Shown here one piece after another: positions 44,633 to 54,489 of a stretch of 64,000 nt of DNA; positions within the stretch are counted from its first letter, which is position 1; each line of letters starts with the position of its first letter. The translations under genes were made by a program, and so were the position numbers. Under the pieces are notes generated by a model. That model was not told the origin of the DNA and did not search any database. It saw nothing but the letters and a program-made list of their open reading frames with translations. The stretch comes from a virus (taxonomy: Duplodnaviria; Caudoviricetes): the IMG/VR virus record IMGVR_UViG_3300011115_000575, positions 1,708 to 65,707 of that record; one strand, 5' to 3'.

Positions 44633-45583
44633 TTATTTGTTTTTTAATGTGTCAATTTCTATTTTTAATTCTTGTACCGCCTTAACTAACGCTGCAATTA
44701 TTGGTCTATCTGATAATCCAATAAACCCTTCTGTTTCTACATAAGCCTGTGGAATAAATTCTTTTACTTCCTGTGCAATAAATCCTAATTCCTTAGCCGA
44801 TAAACCATCTTCAATTTTCATTCTATATAAAGTAGGCTTTAGTTGCAATACTTCATTTAAACCAATATTAGATTGCTCAAAATCTTTCTTTTTATTTCTA
44901 TCTGATAAAGGTGTATAAACACCATTACTCATATTTATTTGAGCAATATTCCCACCATTAAAGAAATATGAAAAACCTCCTGTTGCATAAAAAGTATATC
45001 TAGTAGAATCACTTCTATTTTGATAAACTAATGCAGCGTCAGTTCCAAGAGTAGCAATTAATGAATTTACTTGTAATTTCCAAGTTGCTGCACTATCTGT
45101 AGATGTATTAATTAAAATATTCCCAACAGGAGTAATAGTCATAGCAAAATTACCTGAAGTATTATTTTGTCCTGCCTGATAAAATTGAATACCTCCTTTA
45201 GTTAAAGTATCTGCTCCAAAAGAAAGAATTCTTGTGTGTCCAGCATTAAAATCAATTATTCCATTACTTTGAGTTGTTGCATAACCAACTGAACCTGACC
45301 TAACTTGAATTGCACCATTAACATCTAATAATTCATTGGGTGAGGTAGTTCCAATACCTACCTTTCCAGCAGAAGTAATTCGCATACGTTCTGTACCATC
45401 GACTGCAAATATATTTTGTGTGGTTGCGTTAAATGAAGTCGCAGATACACTACTCGAAAACTTAGCCACGCCTGTCACATCAAACGCAACCGTAGGCGAA
45501 GGTGTATTTATGCCAATTCTCCCATTGGTGATGTCAGCAGTTATATAATCTGTTAGGAAACTTAAATTGGTATTTTTTGACAT
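44633..45583 (-). CDS. Short tail fibre with S74 chaperone
   Basis: ERMRITSAG.VGIGT repeats; SDRNKK...GFIAQEV...LVKAVQEL. Confidence 0.8.
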   Translation of the reverse strand: MSKNTNLSFLTDYITADITNGRIGINTPSPTVAFDVTGVAKFSSSVSATSFNATTQNIFAVDGTERMRITSAGKVGIGTTSPNELLDVNGAIQVRSGSVGYATTQSNGIIDFNAGHTRILSFGADTLTKGGIQFYQAGQNNTSGNFAMTITPVGNILINTSTDSAATWKLQVNSLIATLGTDAALVYQNRSDSTRYTFYATGGFSYFFNGGNIAQINMSNGVYTPLSDRNKKKDFEQSNIGLNEVLQLKPTLYRMKIEDGLSAKELGFIAQEVKEFIPQAYVETEGFIGLSDRPIIAALVKAVQELKIEIDTLKNK

Positions 45584-45648
45584 AAGTTTAAATGTTTAAA
45601 CGTTGAGGAGCGTTAGCGACTCATAATATTATTTGTTTTTTAAAATTG

Positions 45649-46572
45649 TTATGTATTAGTATATCCTTGATTTAAAGCAACAAGGGAAACAATATAAGTT
45701 CCACTTGCCATTGATAAATTTAAATTTTCATTACTTACAGAATAGTTTCTACTTGGTGGAGTTGAAAATATTTGTGAAGAAATTACAGATATAGAACCTG
45801 AGTTCATATATAAAATTAAATCTGTAAAAGTAGGTCCATTACCTGATCTTACACCACTTACTAAAACTAAATTTCCTGAATTTACACCTCCAATATTAGT
45901 AGATGTAAATATAGTTGTCGTTGATGTAGTTACTGTAATCCCATTAGTAGATGACTTTAAATATCCTGTTCCATAATTAAATGCATTTCCAAAATTCATA
46001 GAAAAAGAACTGCCACCTATATTTGCACCACTTATATTTCCACTTGCACTAATACCTCCAGATACTTGTAATTTATTACCATTATCAGAAGTAGTACCAA
46101 CAAGTAAATTCCCCCCACTTGTAATTCGCATACGTTCAGAAGGTGCAGCATTATTAGTTGTAGAAGTATTAAAAGTAATAAAAGAATTGCCACTTGCACT
46201 ATTAAGACTAATGATAGCAGAGGCAATTGCTGTGTTTGGAAATGTTCCAGCAGTACCATCTCTTGCAATAGAAAGTTCTACAGAACTATTTGTTTCGTTT
46301 GAATATAAAAATCCAGGTGAGGTGGTACCACCAAGACGAAGTTGACTTGTTCCAGAAGCAGCTAATAAATGAAGAATTCCTAATGATGGACTTGTAGTTC
46401 CAATCCCTACAGACCCTGATGCTGTCGCAAAGTATGCAGACGTTGTCACCCTTGCAGTCCCAGTTAAATCTAAAGAATAAGCAGGGCTAACATTATTTAT
46501 CCCTAAACGACTATTTGCTAAATCAGCCGTTAGTATATTGGTTAAACTATATTGATTGGATATTTTTGTCAT
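45649..46572 (-). CDS. Short tail fibre-like protein
   Basis: GIGTTSP and ERMRITSGGN repeats; N-terminus like the neighbouring fibre. Confidence 0.7.
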   Translation of the reverse strand: MTKISNQYSLTNILTADLANSRLGINNVSPAYSLDLTGTARVTTSAYFATASGSVGIGTTSPSLGILHLLAASGTSQLRLGGTTSPGFLYSNETNSSVELSIARDGTAGTFPNTAIASAIISLNSASGNSFITFNTSTTNNAAPSERMRITSGGNLLVGTTSDNGNKLQVSGGISASGNISGANIGGSSFSMNFGNAFNYGTGYLKSSTNGITVTTSTTTIFTSTNIGGVNSGNLVLVSGVRSGNGPTFTDLILYMNSGSISVISSQIFSTPPSRNYSVSNENLNLSMASGTYIVSLVALNQGYTNT

Positions 46573-46576
46573 CTTA

Positions 46577-49500
46577 TTATTTATTTTCTAATGCTTCTAT
46601 TCTATTAATTAAAGAAGTGTTTTCTGCTGATAATTCTTGGATGGCTTTGACTAGGACAGGTACTATTTTAGAGTAATCTACACCTTGCATATATTCGCCA
46701 TCTTTTTCTCCTGTAACTGCATAAGGTATTACTTCTTGTAGTTCGTGAGCTAACACACCATCCATACGCATATTAGAAGATTTATATTTATAATCATAAA
46801 CTTTAATTGCAGATATTTTTTCTAAACCTTTAATTTCTCTTAAATCTTCTTTGAGTCTATAATCAGATGTTACGTTATACGATGTAGTTGAACCATTTGA
46901 TGTTATTGAGCCTACACCAGTTGCTCCTGCTTGAAAATAATTAAAATAATATGTACCCCCATTATTTATTGCAATTGATGCATTACAAAATCCTCCTGAT
47001 GATATTTGTTCAATAAAATATCCATCAGTCCCACTTGAACTAACTTGGACTCTAGCATTTTGTCCTCCTGTTGCAGTTCTATTAATCAATAAATTCCCCC
47101 CACTCGTAATTCGCATTTTCTCACTTTGACTTCCTCCTCTTGTCCAAAATTGCAAATAACCACTATAATCACTACCTGTTGCATTTTCTTTTAATCCACT
47201 AATTCCTGCCCAGTTTGCACCTGCTGAATTAGATGCTACTGCTCTACCTCCAAAAGCAATAGAACCACCTTTATTGATAGCCATTGCATCATTACTTTGA
47301 ATAGTTAAAATAGCAGTTAAATCACTTGTTGAAGGTCTTGATGGACCAGTAAATAGTCCTTGATAAATTGCTTCTCCAGATGTATTAACTGTTCCATCTG
47401 AAATATCTAATGTTGCTCTTGGCGAACTCGTTCCAATACCTACGTTGCCAGCAGAAGTAATTCGCATACGCTCTGTGGCATCAACAGAAAATATATTTGT
47501 TGTGGTTGCGTTAAATGATGTCGCAGATACACTACTCGAAAACGTGGCTGCACCACTCACCCTCGCAGTACCAACAACATCTAATCTGTATCCTGCATCA
47601 GTAGTTCCCCCTAACAATAAATTACCATAAATAGCAGTAGTTACCGTAGATGAGTTTCCAAGTACGGTTGTATTTGAACCAAGACCTACTTGTCCAGCCG
47701 AACCATTATATCCCGCTATTACAACTTCGTTTGTGTTTCCACTTGCAGAAGAACGAACATCGTAACCAATGTAAAGTGAATTGCTTGATGTTTGATTGGC
47801 AGTAGTAGAAGAACCCGCGTAACGACCTGAATTAAACCCTAAAAATATATTTTGTTGTCCACCTGTTGAAGAATATCCAGCATTTTGTCCAATAGCAGTA
47901 GTACCAGAAACATATAATGAATTATATAAAGCATAACTACCTATTGCAGTATTATTAGGTCCTGTAGTATTAAGTCTCCCAGCTTGATTTCCTATAAATG
48001 TATTATCATACCCACTTGTATTATTTGTACCAGATATAAAGCCAATAAATGTATTTCCATTTCCAGTATAATTACTATTACCTGTTGAATTACCAATAAA
48101 TGTATTCCAATAACCACTTGTATTATTTTGACCAGCATTCGAACCAATAAATGTATTAGAATCTCCTGTTGTATTTCTTCTACCAGCATTTAGTCCTATG
48201 AATGTATTACTTATAACACTACTCGCCCTCACCTCAATAATACTTACACCACTACTATTAGCAAATGTACTTGATGCCGAACTTGTACCAATTGATTTAA
48301 TTGACAGTACGATAGTACCATCAAAATCTGTCGTAGGAGTAATTGTTAATACCGCAGTAGATGAAGCTAATAGACCATATGCTCCTGTTGCAGTTGCACC
48401 TGTCAAAGTACCTCCATAAGCAATACTAATACTCCCCGCCGTTCTACCCGTGATGGTATAGGTTATTTGGTAATATGTACCACTAACCGCTGCTAATGTA
48501 GTAGTCAAAGGAACTACCGAACCCGTGGTATGAGTATAACCACCAACGTTTAAGTTAGTACCCGCTAATGTCCAGTTGGTACCTGTTCCTGTTACTGCTG
48601 CTAATTCTGAACCTAATGGAGCAGTGTCCGAAGCCGTAGTACCAATGAAACGAGTAGTTCCTGCGACATCTAATCTGTATCCTGCATCTGTGAATGTTCC
48701 ACCGTTTTGTAGGGTAAGGTTTCCAGTAGTTCCAAATATTTGAAATTTTGTCGTTATAGGGTCAGTGCCTCCATAAGTCGACCCTTTTGTTAAAATTTGT
48801 AAATTACCACTAAAACTTCCATTATCTATTGATGCTAATCTAACACCTGGTAAACCATTACCAGCATCTGTGTATGTAAAAAAATCAATAGCACTTCCAG
48901 CTCCAGAAAATCCTCCAGCATTTACTAAAGCTAATTGAGTTTTAATAGCACCACTTGCATTATTTGAAAGAGTTAATGGAACATATGAATAACCAACTAA
49001 TGATGTTGGTACTTGACCCATTAAAACATTACCTGTAAATCTTGCACTTAATCTTGATATACTTGTAAATGCACCTGTTGTAAACGTAGGATTAACATCT
49101 AAACCAACTAATACATCACTATTTGCAGAAGCAACTAATGTAGGAGTTTGATATATTCCTCTTGCTATTGCTGAAGCAGCAGTAACGCTATTACTAACTA
49201 ATACCCCTGTAGTTAAATCTTGAATAGAACTATTCCCTATCGTACCAGTTGCAGTAAACTTAGGCACATAGTTAGCAGTACCTGCTCCACTTATGCCATT
49301 AACACTTGCTGTGTAGTTAATGCTCTGTACTTGGTCTCCTACTGTTGAAGCTACTGTTAGGACAAATGTTGTCCCATTAGTGGCTGTAAACTCTGAAGAG
49401 GTTAACTTTGAACCATTAACAAATACATCTATAAGTCCTACTATATACCCATTAGTAACTGTGAAGGTAGTCTGTGCTGCTGTGGCAGTAAAGTCTTGTA

Positions 49501-52500
49501 CGTTTCTAGATGTTGGCAAAGCTGCAATACTTGACGTATAGTTTAATATAGTCACAGCATCTCCTGCCAATAGCCCAATTCCTAATACTACTGTCGTGCC
49601 ATTTGTAGCTGTGTAGTCTGAAGGCAGATATCTAACACCATTGACATATACATCTACTAGTCCTACTACATAACCTCCCGTAATTGTGAAGGTTGTTTGG
49701 TTTGCAGTTGCAGTAAAGTTCTGCTCGTTTCTTGCAGAAGGATTTGTTGAGATAGTCCAAGTCCTGTCAGCAGATAAGTCGTAGGTAGTACCATTAATCG
49801 TAAGTGTACGAGTTGAGGCAACACCACCTAATCCCGCTAGAGTATAGGTAGGGATGTTTAACGTGTTGGACACTAACGTTGCGGCACCTGAGCTTCCTGT
49901 AGTAGTTAAACTTGTAATTCTATTTGTATATGCAGTGTCCCAATTAGTAGCACTCGTTGTAGCAGGAATAACGTACCCACTTGTTAGGCTAAATATTCCC
50001 GTAGTGTTGGTATATGTTAAACCCGTTGCAGTAGAAGACAATGCCGTTAATGCAATGTAGCTACTTGGATTACTTGACAAGTAATAAGTATTTGTATCTA
50101 AAGAAAATGTACCCGCCGCAGTCATCTTAACAAAAGAGGCACTTACATAAGCAAGTCCTGACAAGGAAGTTAAGTTGGTAGCCAACGGTTGCCCTCCCAA
50201 TCCACTTAGTGTGTAAGTGGGTACGTTAAGCGTGTTGCTTACTAGTGTTGCAGAGCCAGAGCTTCCTGTTGTTGTTAGTGCCGTAATTCTGTTGGTATAT
50301 GCCGTGTCCCAATTTGTTTGGGATGCCGTCGTTGGCAAAGAATATCCTGTAGCAAATCCTAGTGTTAAGTTTCCTGAAGTTGTTACGGATGTTCCATTTG
50401 TAAATCCTGTTGGCACAGTCAGTCCCACACTTGTTACTGTTCCTACGCTCCAAGTCCTGTCGGCAGTTAAGTCATAAGCCGTACCATTAATAGTAAGACT
50501 TCTTGCTGCGTTAGCAGGTGTGTATCCTAGTATAGTTGCAATAGACTTATTCTTCCATAACTGAGTTGATGTTTCCCAAAATAATCCATCATTATTTAAT
50601 GAACTACCATTAGGTGCTGCAACATTATGTAATTCTCCTAGTTCATATCCATTCTGTACCTTAACCTCAATCTGTCCTAATGTTGGGTGTGAACGAGTAA
50701 TGATACCAATATAAACTAAATGGGTAGGTGCTAATGTTTTAGTGGCAGTATATGTACCTGCAACCGTTCCTGATAAATATAGTTGTTGTCCCTCTGTAAA
50801 TGCAGAAGTATCTAAGCCAGTTAAATCCCCTGTCATCACAACGTAACCTGTCGCATTATTTGCGACATCTGCTTGTAATAGTCCAAAGGTTTGTGCTGAT
50901 GTAGCATCACCTGTTGCAATAGCCTTGCTAACAATAGGATTATTGCCCGTAGCACCACTAATATAAACAACCGTTCCCTTTGTTAATGTTGCACCTGTTT
51001 GATTTCTTACAAGTCTAACTAAAGAACCTGACTGCCCAGCAACAGGGAAAGTAATTAAACTTCCATCACCTGCCACATATTGAGCAGTTGTTCCTGTAGG
51101 GGTGTTGTACTTTAAGTTTAATGCGTTCTGTAAGTCAGTCTGATTAGATAACGTTCCTGTAATTCCACCCCATATTGTTCCAACCGTAGGAGAAACTTCA
51201 ATGTAAGTAGTTCCAGACCATCGATATATTTTATTTGTATCTAATGCAACATAGATTTTGCCTGTTGTACCACTCGCAGGAAAACCTGCAAGATTGGTGT
51301 ACTCCAAAACATCATCTACATAAGAAGGTAATTGAGTTGAAGGTACTAAACCACCTCCATCTAATGAAGCATATCCATTAGCAATTCCTTTGTTTGCACT
51401 ATTCTCTGGAGTATAACTTAAAGCAGTTGTTACTTGTCCACTTGTAATTCCTGATATATATCCCGCAGGATTCGTTGCGTTGTAGGGGGTATACGTCAAC
51501 GCAGTTGTAACATCTCCACTCGTTAAGGTGATTGCACCAGTTCGTGTATTAAAACTCGTCACACCGCCTTGATAAGCGGGGATGTTTAGAACTCCCGTAG
51601 TAGAACTATAGGTAGCTGCTCCACTTGTTCCTGTAGTGGTAAGACTTATAGCAGCTCGTGCCCTAGCGTCAGTATAATATAGGTTAGTAACCTCTGTAAC
51701 CAAGGCAGTAGTGTAGTCTCCTGAAGCAGGAGTGATAGCACCTGTCCTAGTATTAAACGAGGTAACACCACTAGCGATAGTCCAATTCCTGTCAGCAGAC
51801 AAGTCGTAACTAACACCGTTAATGGTAAGACTTCTATTGTTTGGTACAGGTATGTAAGTTAATGCAGTAGTAACGTCAGAACTAGACAGTACAATAGCCC
51901 CCGTCCTAGTATTAAACGAGGTTACACCTCCAATATAAGAAGGTATGTTTAGTATACCCGTAGTGTTGTCGTAAGTAGCTGCACCCGTAGTACCCGTAGT
52001 AGTAAGACTTATAGAAGTCCTCGCCCTAGAGGGAGTGAAATATAGGTTAGTATTCTCAGGGACATTTAAAGTATTTAAAGTAGCCAAGGCTCCTGCTCCC
52101 GTGATGTATTGAGCTGAAGTACCTGCTGCGGTTATTGCAAGTGTACCCGAAGCGGTTATAGGCGAACCTGTAACAGTAAATGCCGCAGGTGTAGTCAATG
52201 CTACGCTTGTAACAGTACCTGTGTTGGCAGTAGCCCCCGTAGCAATACCATCTAACTTAGTTTTATCAGACGCACTCATTGCTCCCGCACTTCCTGAAGT
52301 AGCCGCAGCTAAAGAAAGAGCCTGAGTAGAGATGCTTAGTCCGTTAGCAGTACCAATCGTTACAGGGTTATGAAACCTTGAATCGTTCCCTTGAGCAAAT
52401 GTATTTAAAGTTGTTCCAAATGTAGGCGAGTAGGTAACATTGTTGTTGGTGACAATAGGGACTAATGCCGCACTACCAGACGCAAATGTTAACGTACTTC

Positions 52501-53470
52501 CTAACGCAACGGGGTCTGTATTCGTCCCGTCAGATATAGTAAATGAGTTTGTTGTAGAAGCCGCCAACTCAAATGGCAGCATCTTAGTGGCTTGGTAACT
52601 ATAAGTTCCTGTGTAAGGCTCTAGTATTGACAATAACTCCCTTAGTATAGGCTCTGAACCGTCCTGAGTGGAGGTCTGATACCTTGTAATCAAGTGAGAA
52701 TATAACGCTATAACTAAGTCATACTGTTCACTTAGTATATTAAACTGAGTGTCATTAGTTTCCTTATACGCATCTATAATTCCTCTGTAGGTATTAATCT
52801 TAGCCACTAACTCTAGTTGGTTGGGGCACTTCTTAATACTAAACGTCTTAGAGAATGTTCTTGAGTAATAGACTGTCAGCCAAGAGTTACTGCTATGTGT
52901 GTACGTTATCGACACAGCACTTGTAGGAGTATATACCCCCTCGTAGTAGTTTACTGCTGAGACAACGTTAATTGTATTAGACGACGTAGAAGACACTGGA
53001 GTCTGAGTTGATGCCTCAGAGGTGCTAGGAAAAGAACTAGAAAGAGTCCTAGTAAGTGTTCCCGTAAAGCTACCAATAGGTGAGTAGGACGTAGCGTCCC
53101 TAAACACTACCTCTGGAATAACAACGTCAGACAAGTTTGTAATCCCGTTACTTGGCTCAATCCAATTAAAGTCAAACTGTCTTGATAATGGAGTTTGTAT
53201 TGTAGAGGTGTTGTCAGTTACAGCATAACTAATCGTATAAGCACCTGTAATTACATTGTTGTTTATGTCAGTTACACAAGGAATATCAATAGAGCCACCA
53301 GAAGCAGTTAAGTCAGGATTAGCAAAGTCAGGTAAATTCCTAACTGAACCGTCAGGAAACTCTACTTTAAAACAACCCTTGCCGTATGTAAATCCTGTTG
53401 AGGTATCAGTTAGTCGAATAACACGAGTTGTTGCATTTATTCTAAACTGTATATTGAAGTTTACTGCCAT
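46577..53470 (-). CDS. Long tail fibre (2297 aa) with internal repeats and S74 chaperone
   Basis: Repeated TTTG.SGAAT / VTSFNTRTG modules, NTFIG beta-helix repeats, SDYRLK C-terminus. Confidence 0.85.
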   Translation of the reverse strand: MAVNFNIQFRINATTRVIRLTDTSTGFTYGKGCFKVEFPDGSVRNLPDFANPDLTASGGSIDIPCVTDINNNVITGAYTISYAVTDNTSTIQTPLSRQFDFNWIEPSNGITNLSDVVIPEVVFRDATSYSPIGSFTGTLTRTLSSSFPSTSEASTQTPVSSTSSNTINVVSAVNYYEGVYTPTSAVSITYTHSSNSWLTVYYSRTFSKTFSIKKCPNQLELVAKINTYRGIIDAYKETNDTQFNILSEQYDLVIALYSHLITRYQTSTQDGSEPILRELLSILEPYTGTYSYQATKMLPFELAASTTNSFTISDGTNTDPVALGSTLTFASGSAALVPIVTNNNVTYSPTFGTTLNTFAQGNDSRFHNPVTIGTANGLSISTQALSLAAATSGSAGAMSASDKTKLDGIATGATANTGTVTSVALTTPAAFTVTGSPITASGTLAITAAGTSAQYITGAGALATLNTLNVPENTNLYFTPSRARTSISLTTTGTTGAATYDNTTGILNIPSYIGGVTSFNTRTGAIVLSSSDVTTALTYIPVPNNRSLTINGVSYDLSADRNWTIASGVTSFNTRTGAITPASGDYTTALVTEVTNLYYTDARARAAISLTTTGTSGAATYSSTTGVLNIPAYQGGVTSFNTRTGAITLTSGDVTTALTYTPYNATNPAGYISGITSGQVTTALSYTPENSANKGIANGYASLDGGGLVPSTQLPSYVDDVLEYTNLAGFPASGTTGKIYVALDTNKIYRWSGTTYIEVSPTVGTIWGGITGTLSNQTDLQNALNLKYNTPTGTTAQYVAGDGSLITFPVAGQSGSLVRLVRNQTGATLTKGTVVYISGATGNNPIVSKAIATGDATSAQTFGLLQADVANNATGYVVMTGDLTGLDTSAFTEGQQLYLSGTVAGTYTATKTLAPTHLVYIGIITRSHPTLGQIEVKVQNGYELGELHNVAAPNGSSLNNDGLFWETSTQLWKNKSIATILGYTPANAARSLTINGTAYDLTADRTWSVGTVTSVGLTVPTGFTNGTSVTTSGNLTLGFATGYSLPTTASQTNWDTAYTNRITALTTTGSSGSATLVSNTLNVPTYTLSGLGGQPLATNLTSLSGLAYVSASFVKMTAAGTFSLDTNTYYLSSNPSSYIALTALSSTATGLTYTNTTGIFSLTSGYVIPATTSATNWDTAYTNRITSLTTTGSSGAATLVSNTLNIPTYTLAGLGGVASTRTLTINGTTYDLSADRTWTISTNPSARNEQNFTATANQTTFTITGGYVVGLVDVYVNGVRYLPSDYTATNGTTVVLGIGLLAGDAVTILNYTSSIAALPTSRNVQDFTATAAQTTFTVTNGYIVGLIDVFVNGSKLTSSEFTATNGTTFVLTVASTVGDQVQSINYTASVNGISGAGTANYVPKFTATGTIGNSSIQDLTTGVLVSNSVTAASAIARGIYQTPTLVASANSDVLVGLDVNPTFTTGAFTSISRLSARFTGNVLMGQVPTSLVGYSYVPLTLSNNASGAIKTQLALVNAGGFSGAGSAIDFFTYTDAGNGLPGVRLASIDNGSFSGNLQILTKGSTYGGTDPITTKFQIFGTTGNLTLQNGGTFTDAGYRLDVAGTTRFIGTTASDTAPLGSELAAVTGTGTNWTLAGTNLNVGGYTHTTGSVVPLTTTLAAVSGTYYQITYTITGRTAGSISIAYGGTLTGATATGAYGLLASSTAVLTITPTTDFDGTIVLSIKSIGTSSASSTFANSSGVSIIEVRASSVISNTFIGLNAGRRNTTGDSNTFIGSNAGQNNTSGYWNTFIGNSTGNSNYTGNGNTFIGFISGTNNTSGYDNTFIGNQAGRLNTTGPNNTAIGSYALYNSLYVSGTTAIGQNAGYSSTGGQQNIFLGFNSGRYAGSSTTANQTSSNSLYIGYDVRSSASGNTNEVVIAGYNGSAGQVGLGSNTTVLGNSSTVTTAIYGNLLLGGTTDAGYRLDVVGTARVSGAATFSSSVSATSFNATTTNIFSVDATERMRITSAGNVGIGTSSPRATLDISDGTVNTSGEAIYQGLFTGPSRPSTSDLTAILTIQSNDAMAINKGGSIAFGGRAVASNSAGANWAGISGLKENATGSDYSGYLQFWTRGGSQSEKMRITSGGNLLINRTATGGQNARVQVSSSGTDGYFIEQISSGGFCNASIAINNGGTYYFNYFQAGATGVGSITSNGSTTSYNVTSDYRLKEDLREIKGLEKISAIKVYDYKYKSSNMRMDGVLAHELQEVIPYAVTGEKDGEYMQGVDYSKIVPVLVKAIQELSAENTSLINRIEALENK

Positions 53471-53519
53471 ATCAAAGCCAAGTATAATTTGTGTAAATAT
53501 ACTATAATTTATTTTGCTT

Positions 53520-53556
53520 TAAAAAAAGAAAGGAGCTACAAAATGCAGCCCCTTCT
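53520..53556 (-). terminator. Rho-independent terminator
   Basis: Imperfect AGAAGGGGCT...AGCTCCTTTCT hairpin followed by a U-run on the - strand. Confidence 0.55.
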
Positions 53557-53594
53557 AATCAACCGAAACCAAACAATCAATCCTGTAATCGGAT

Positions 53595-54413
53595 TTACCC
53601 TAAACGGGTCTTGATGGCATTAAGCTCATCCGGATTGTTTTCTTCTAGGTAGTCAGCTAATTCCTTAATGTAATTCTTATTAGGAGATTTTTTGTATTTA
53701 AAAATTTCCTTTTCAGTATCTGACCATTCAAACACTTGTGAATTTACATTATTTTTTATAATTCCTTGTTTAATAGCTTCTTTTAAAACAGATTCTACTC
53801 CAAGAGATGCTCTTTCAACAATTGACATAAATTCTTCTGGATTTGTTTCTGCAAAATCTTCTAATTGATTGCGTACTTCATCTAATGATTCTGCTTCAAT
53901 TCCAAGTGCCATCCCAACTTCTTTAGCTCTAGTGTCATCTAATTCTAAAGCCATATTAATTGCTTTCACTATCAACTTTCTAGTTGTTCTTTCTTCTATA
54001 GCTTCTTTCTTATTATCAACTCTATAAAAAACCGGATCCCCTTTTTCTTCACTTCTATCTTTATTAGAAGCATTGTAATTACATAATTCAAGAAATTGAT
54101 ACATCTTTTGATGAACCGAATTATTCCCATTCAAAAATATGTAACCAAGATTATTTGCAGAAAAAACTATGCTTAAAAAAATAGGTTCGCCCTTATCATT
54201 TTGGCTTTCTATTGCAGCTATATTTACAAACTCCCCTTTTTGTTTATCAAATACTTGATCACTAGATGGGATTTGGTGAGCGGCAGGAATTAAAAACTTA
54301 CCGTAATTATCGGGATCAGGTCTTACATTTAAAACCCTATAAGTTGCCCTTTCGTCTTGTTTAAGAACTCTCTTCATAGAAGGAGAGAAGTTATTGTATT
54401 CTGATGCTTTCAT
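53595..54413 (-). CDS. Hypothetical head-associated protein
   Basis: Immediately downstream of the major capsid gene. Confidence 0.6.
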   Translation of the reverse strand: MKASEYNNFSPSMKRVLKQDERATYRVLNVRPDPDNYGKFLIPAAHQIPSSDQVFDKQKGEFVNIAAIESQNDKGEPIFLSIVFSANNLGYIFLNGNNSVHQKMYQFLELCNYNASNKDRSEEKGDPVFYRVDNKKEAIEERTTRKLIVKAINMALELDDTRAKEVGMALGIEAESLDEVRNQLEDFAETNPEEFMSIVERASLGVESVLKEAIKQGIIKNNVNSQVFEWSDTEKEIFKYKKSPNKNYIKELADYLEENNPDELNAIKTRLG

Positions 54414-54443
54414 TTTTTATTTTGTTTGGTTTGTATTTTTAAT

Positions 54444-54473
54444 AAAAAGAGGGATTTTTAGCCCCCTCTTTTT
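54444..54473 (-). terminator. Terminator after the major capsid gene
   Basis: AAAAAGAGGG...CCCTCTTTTT. Confidence 0.7.
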
Positions 54474-54489
54474 ATGATAATCATTGGAA

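Noticed and set aside
45345-47555. Diversity-generating retroelement TR/VR pair
   Set aside because: Mismatches are not adenine-specific, both copies are coding, and no reverse transcriptase is present.
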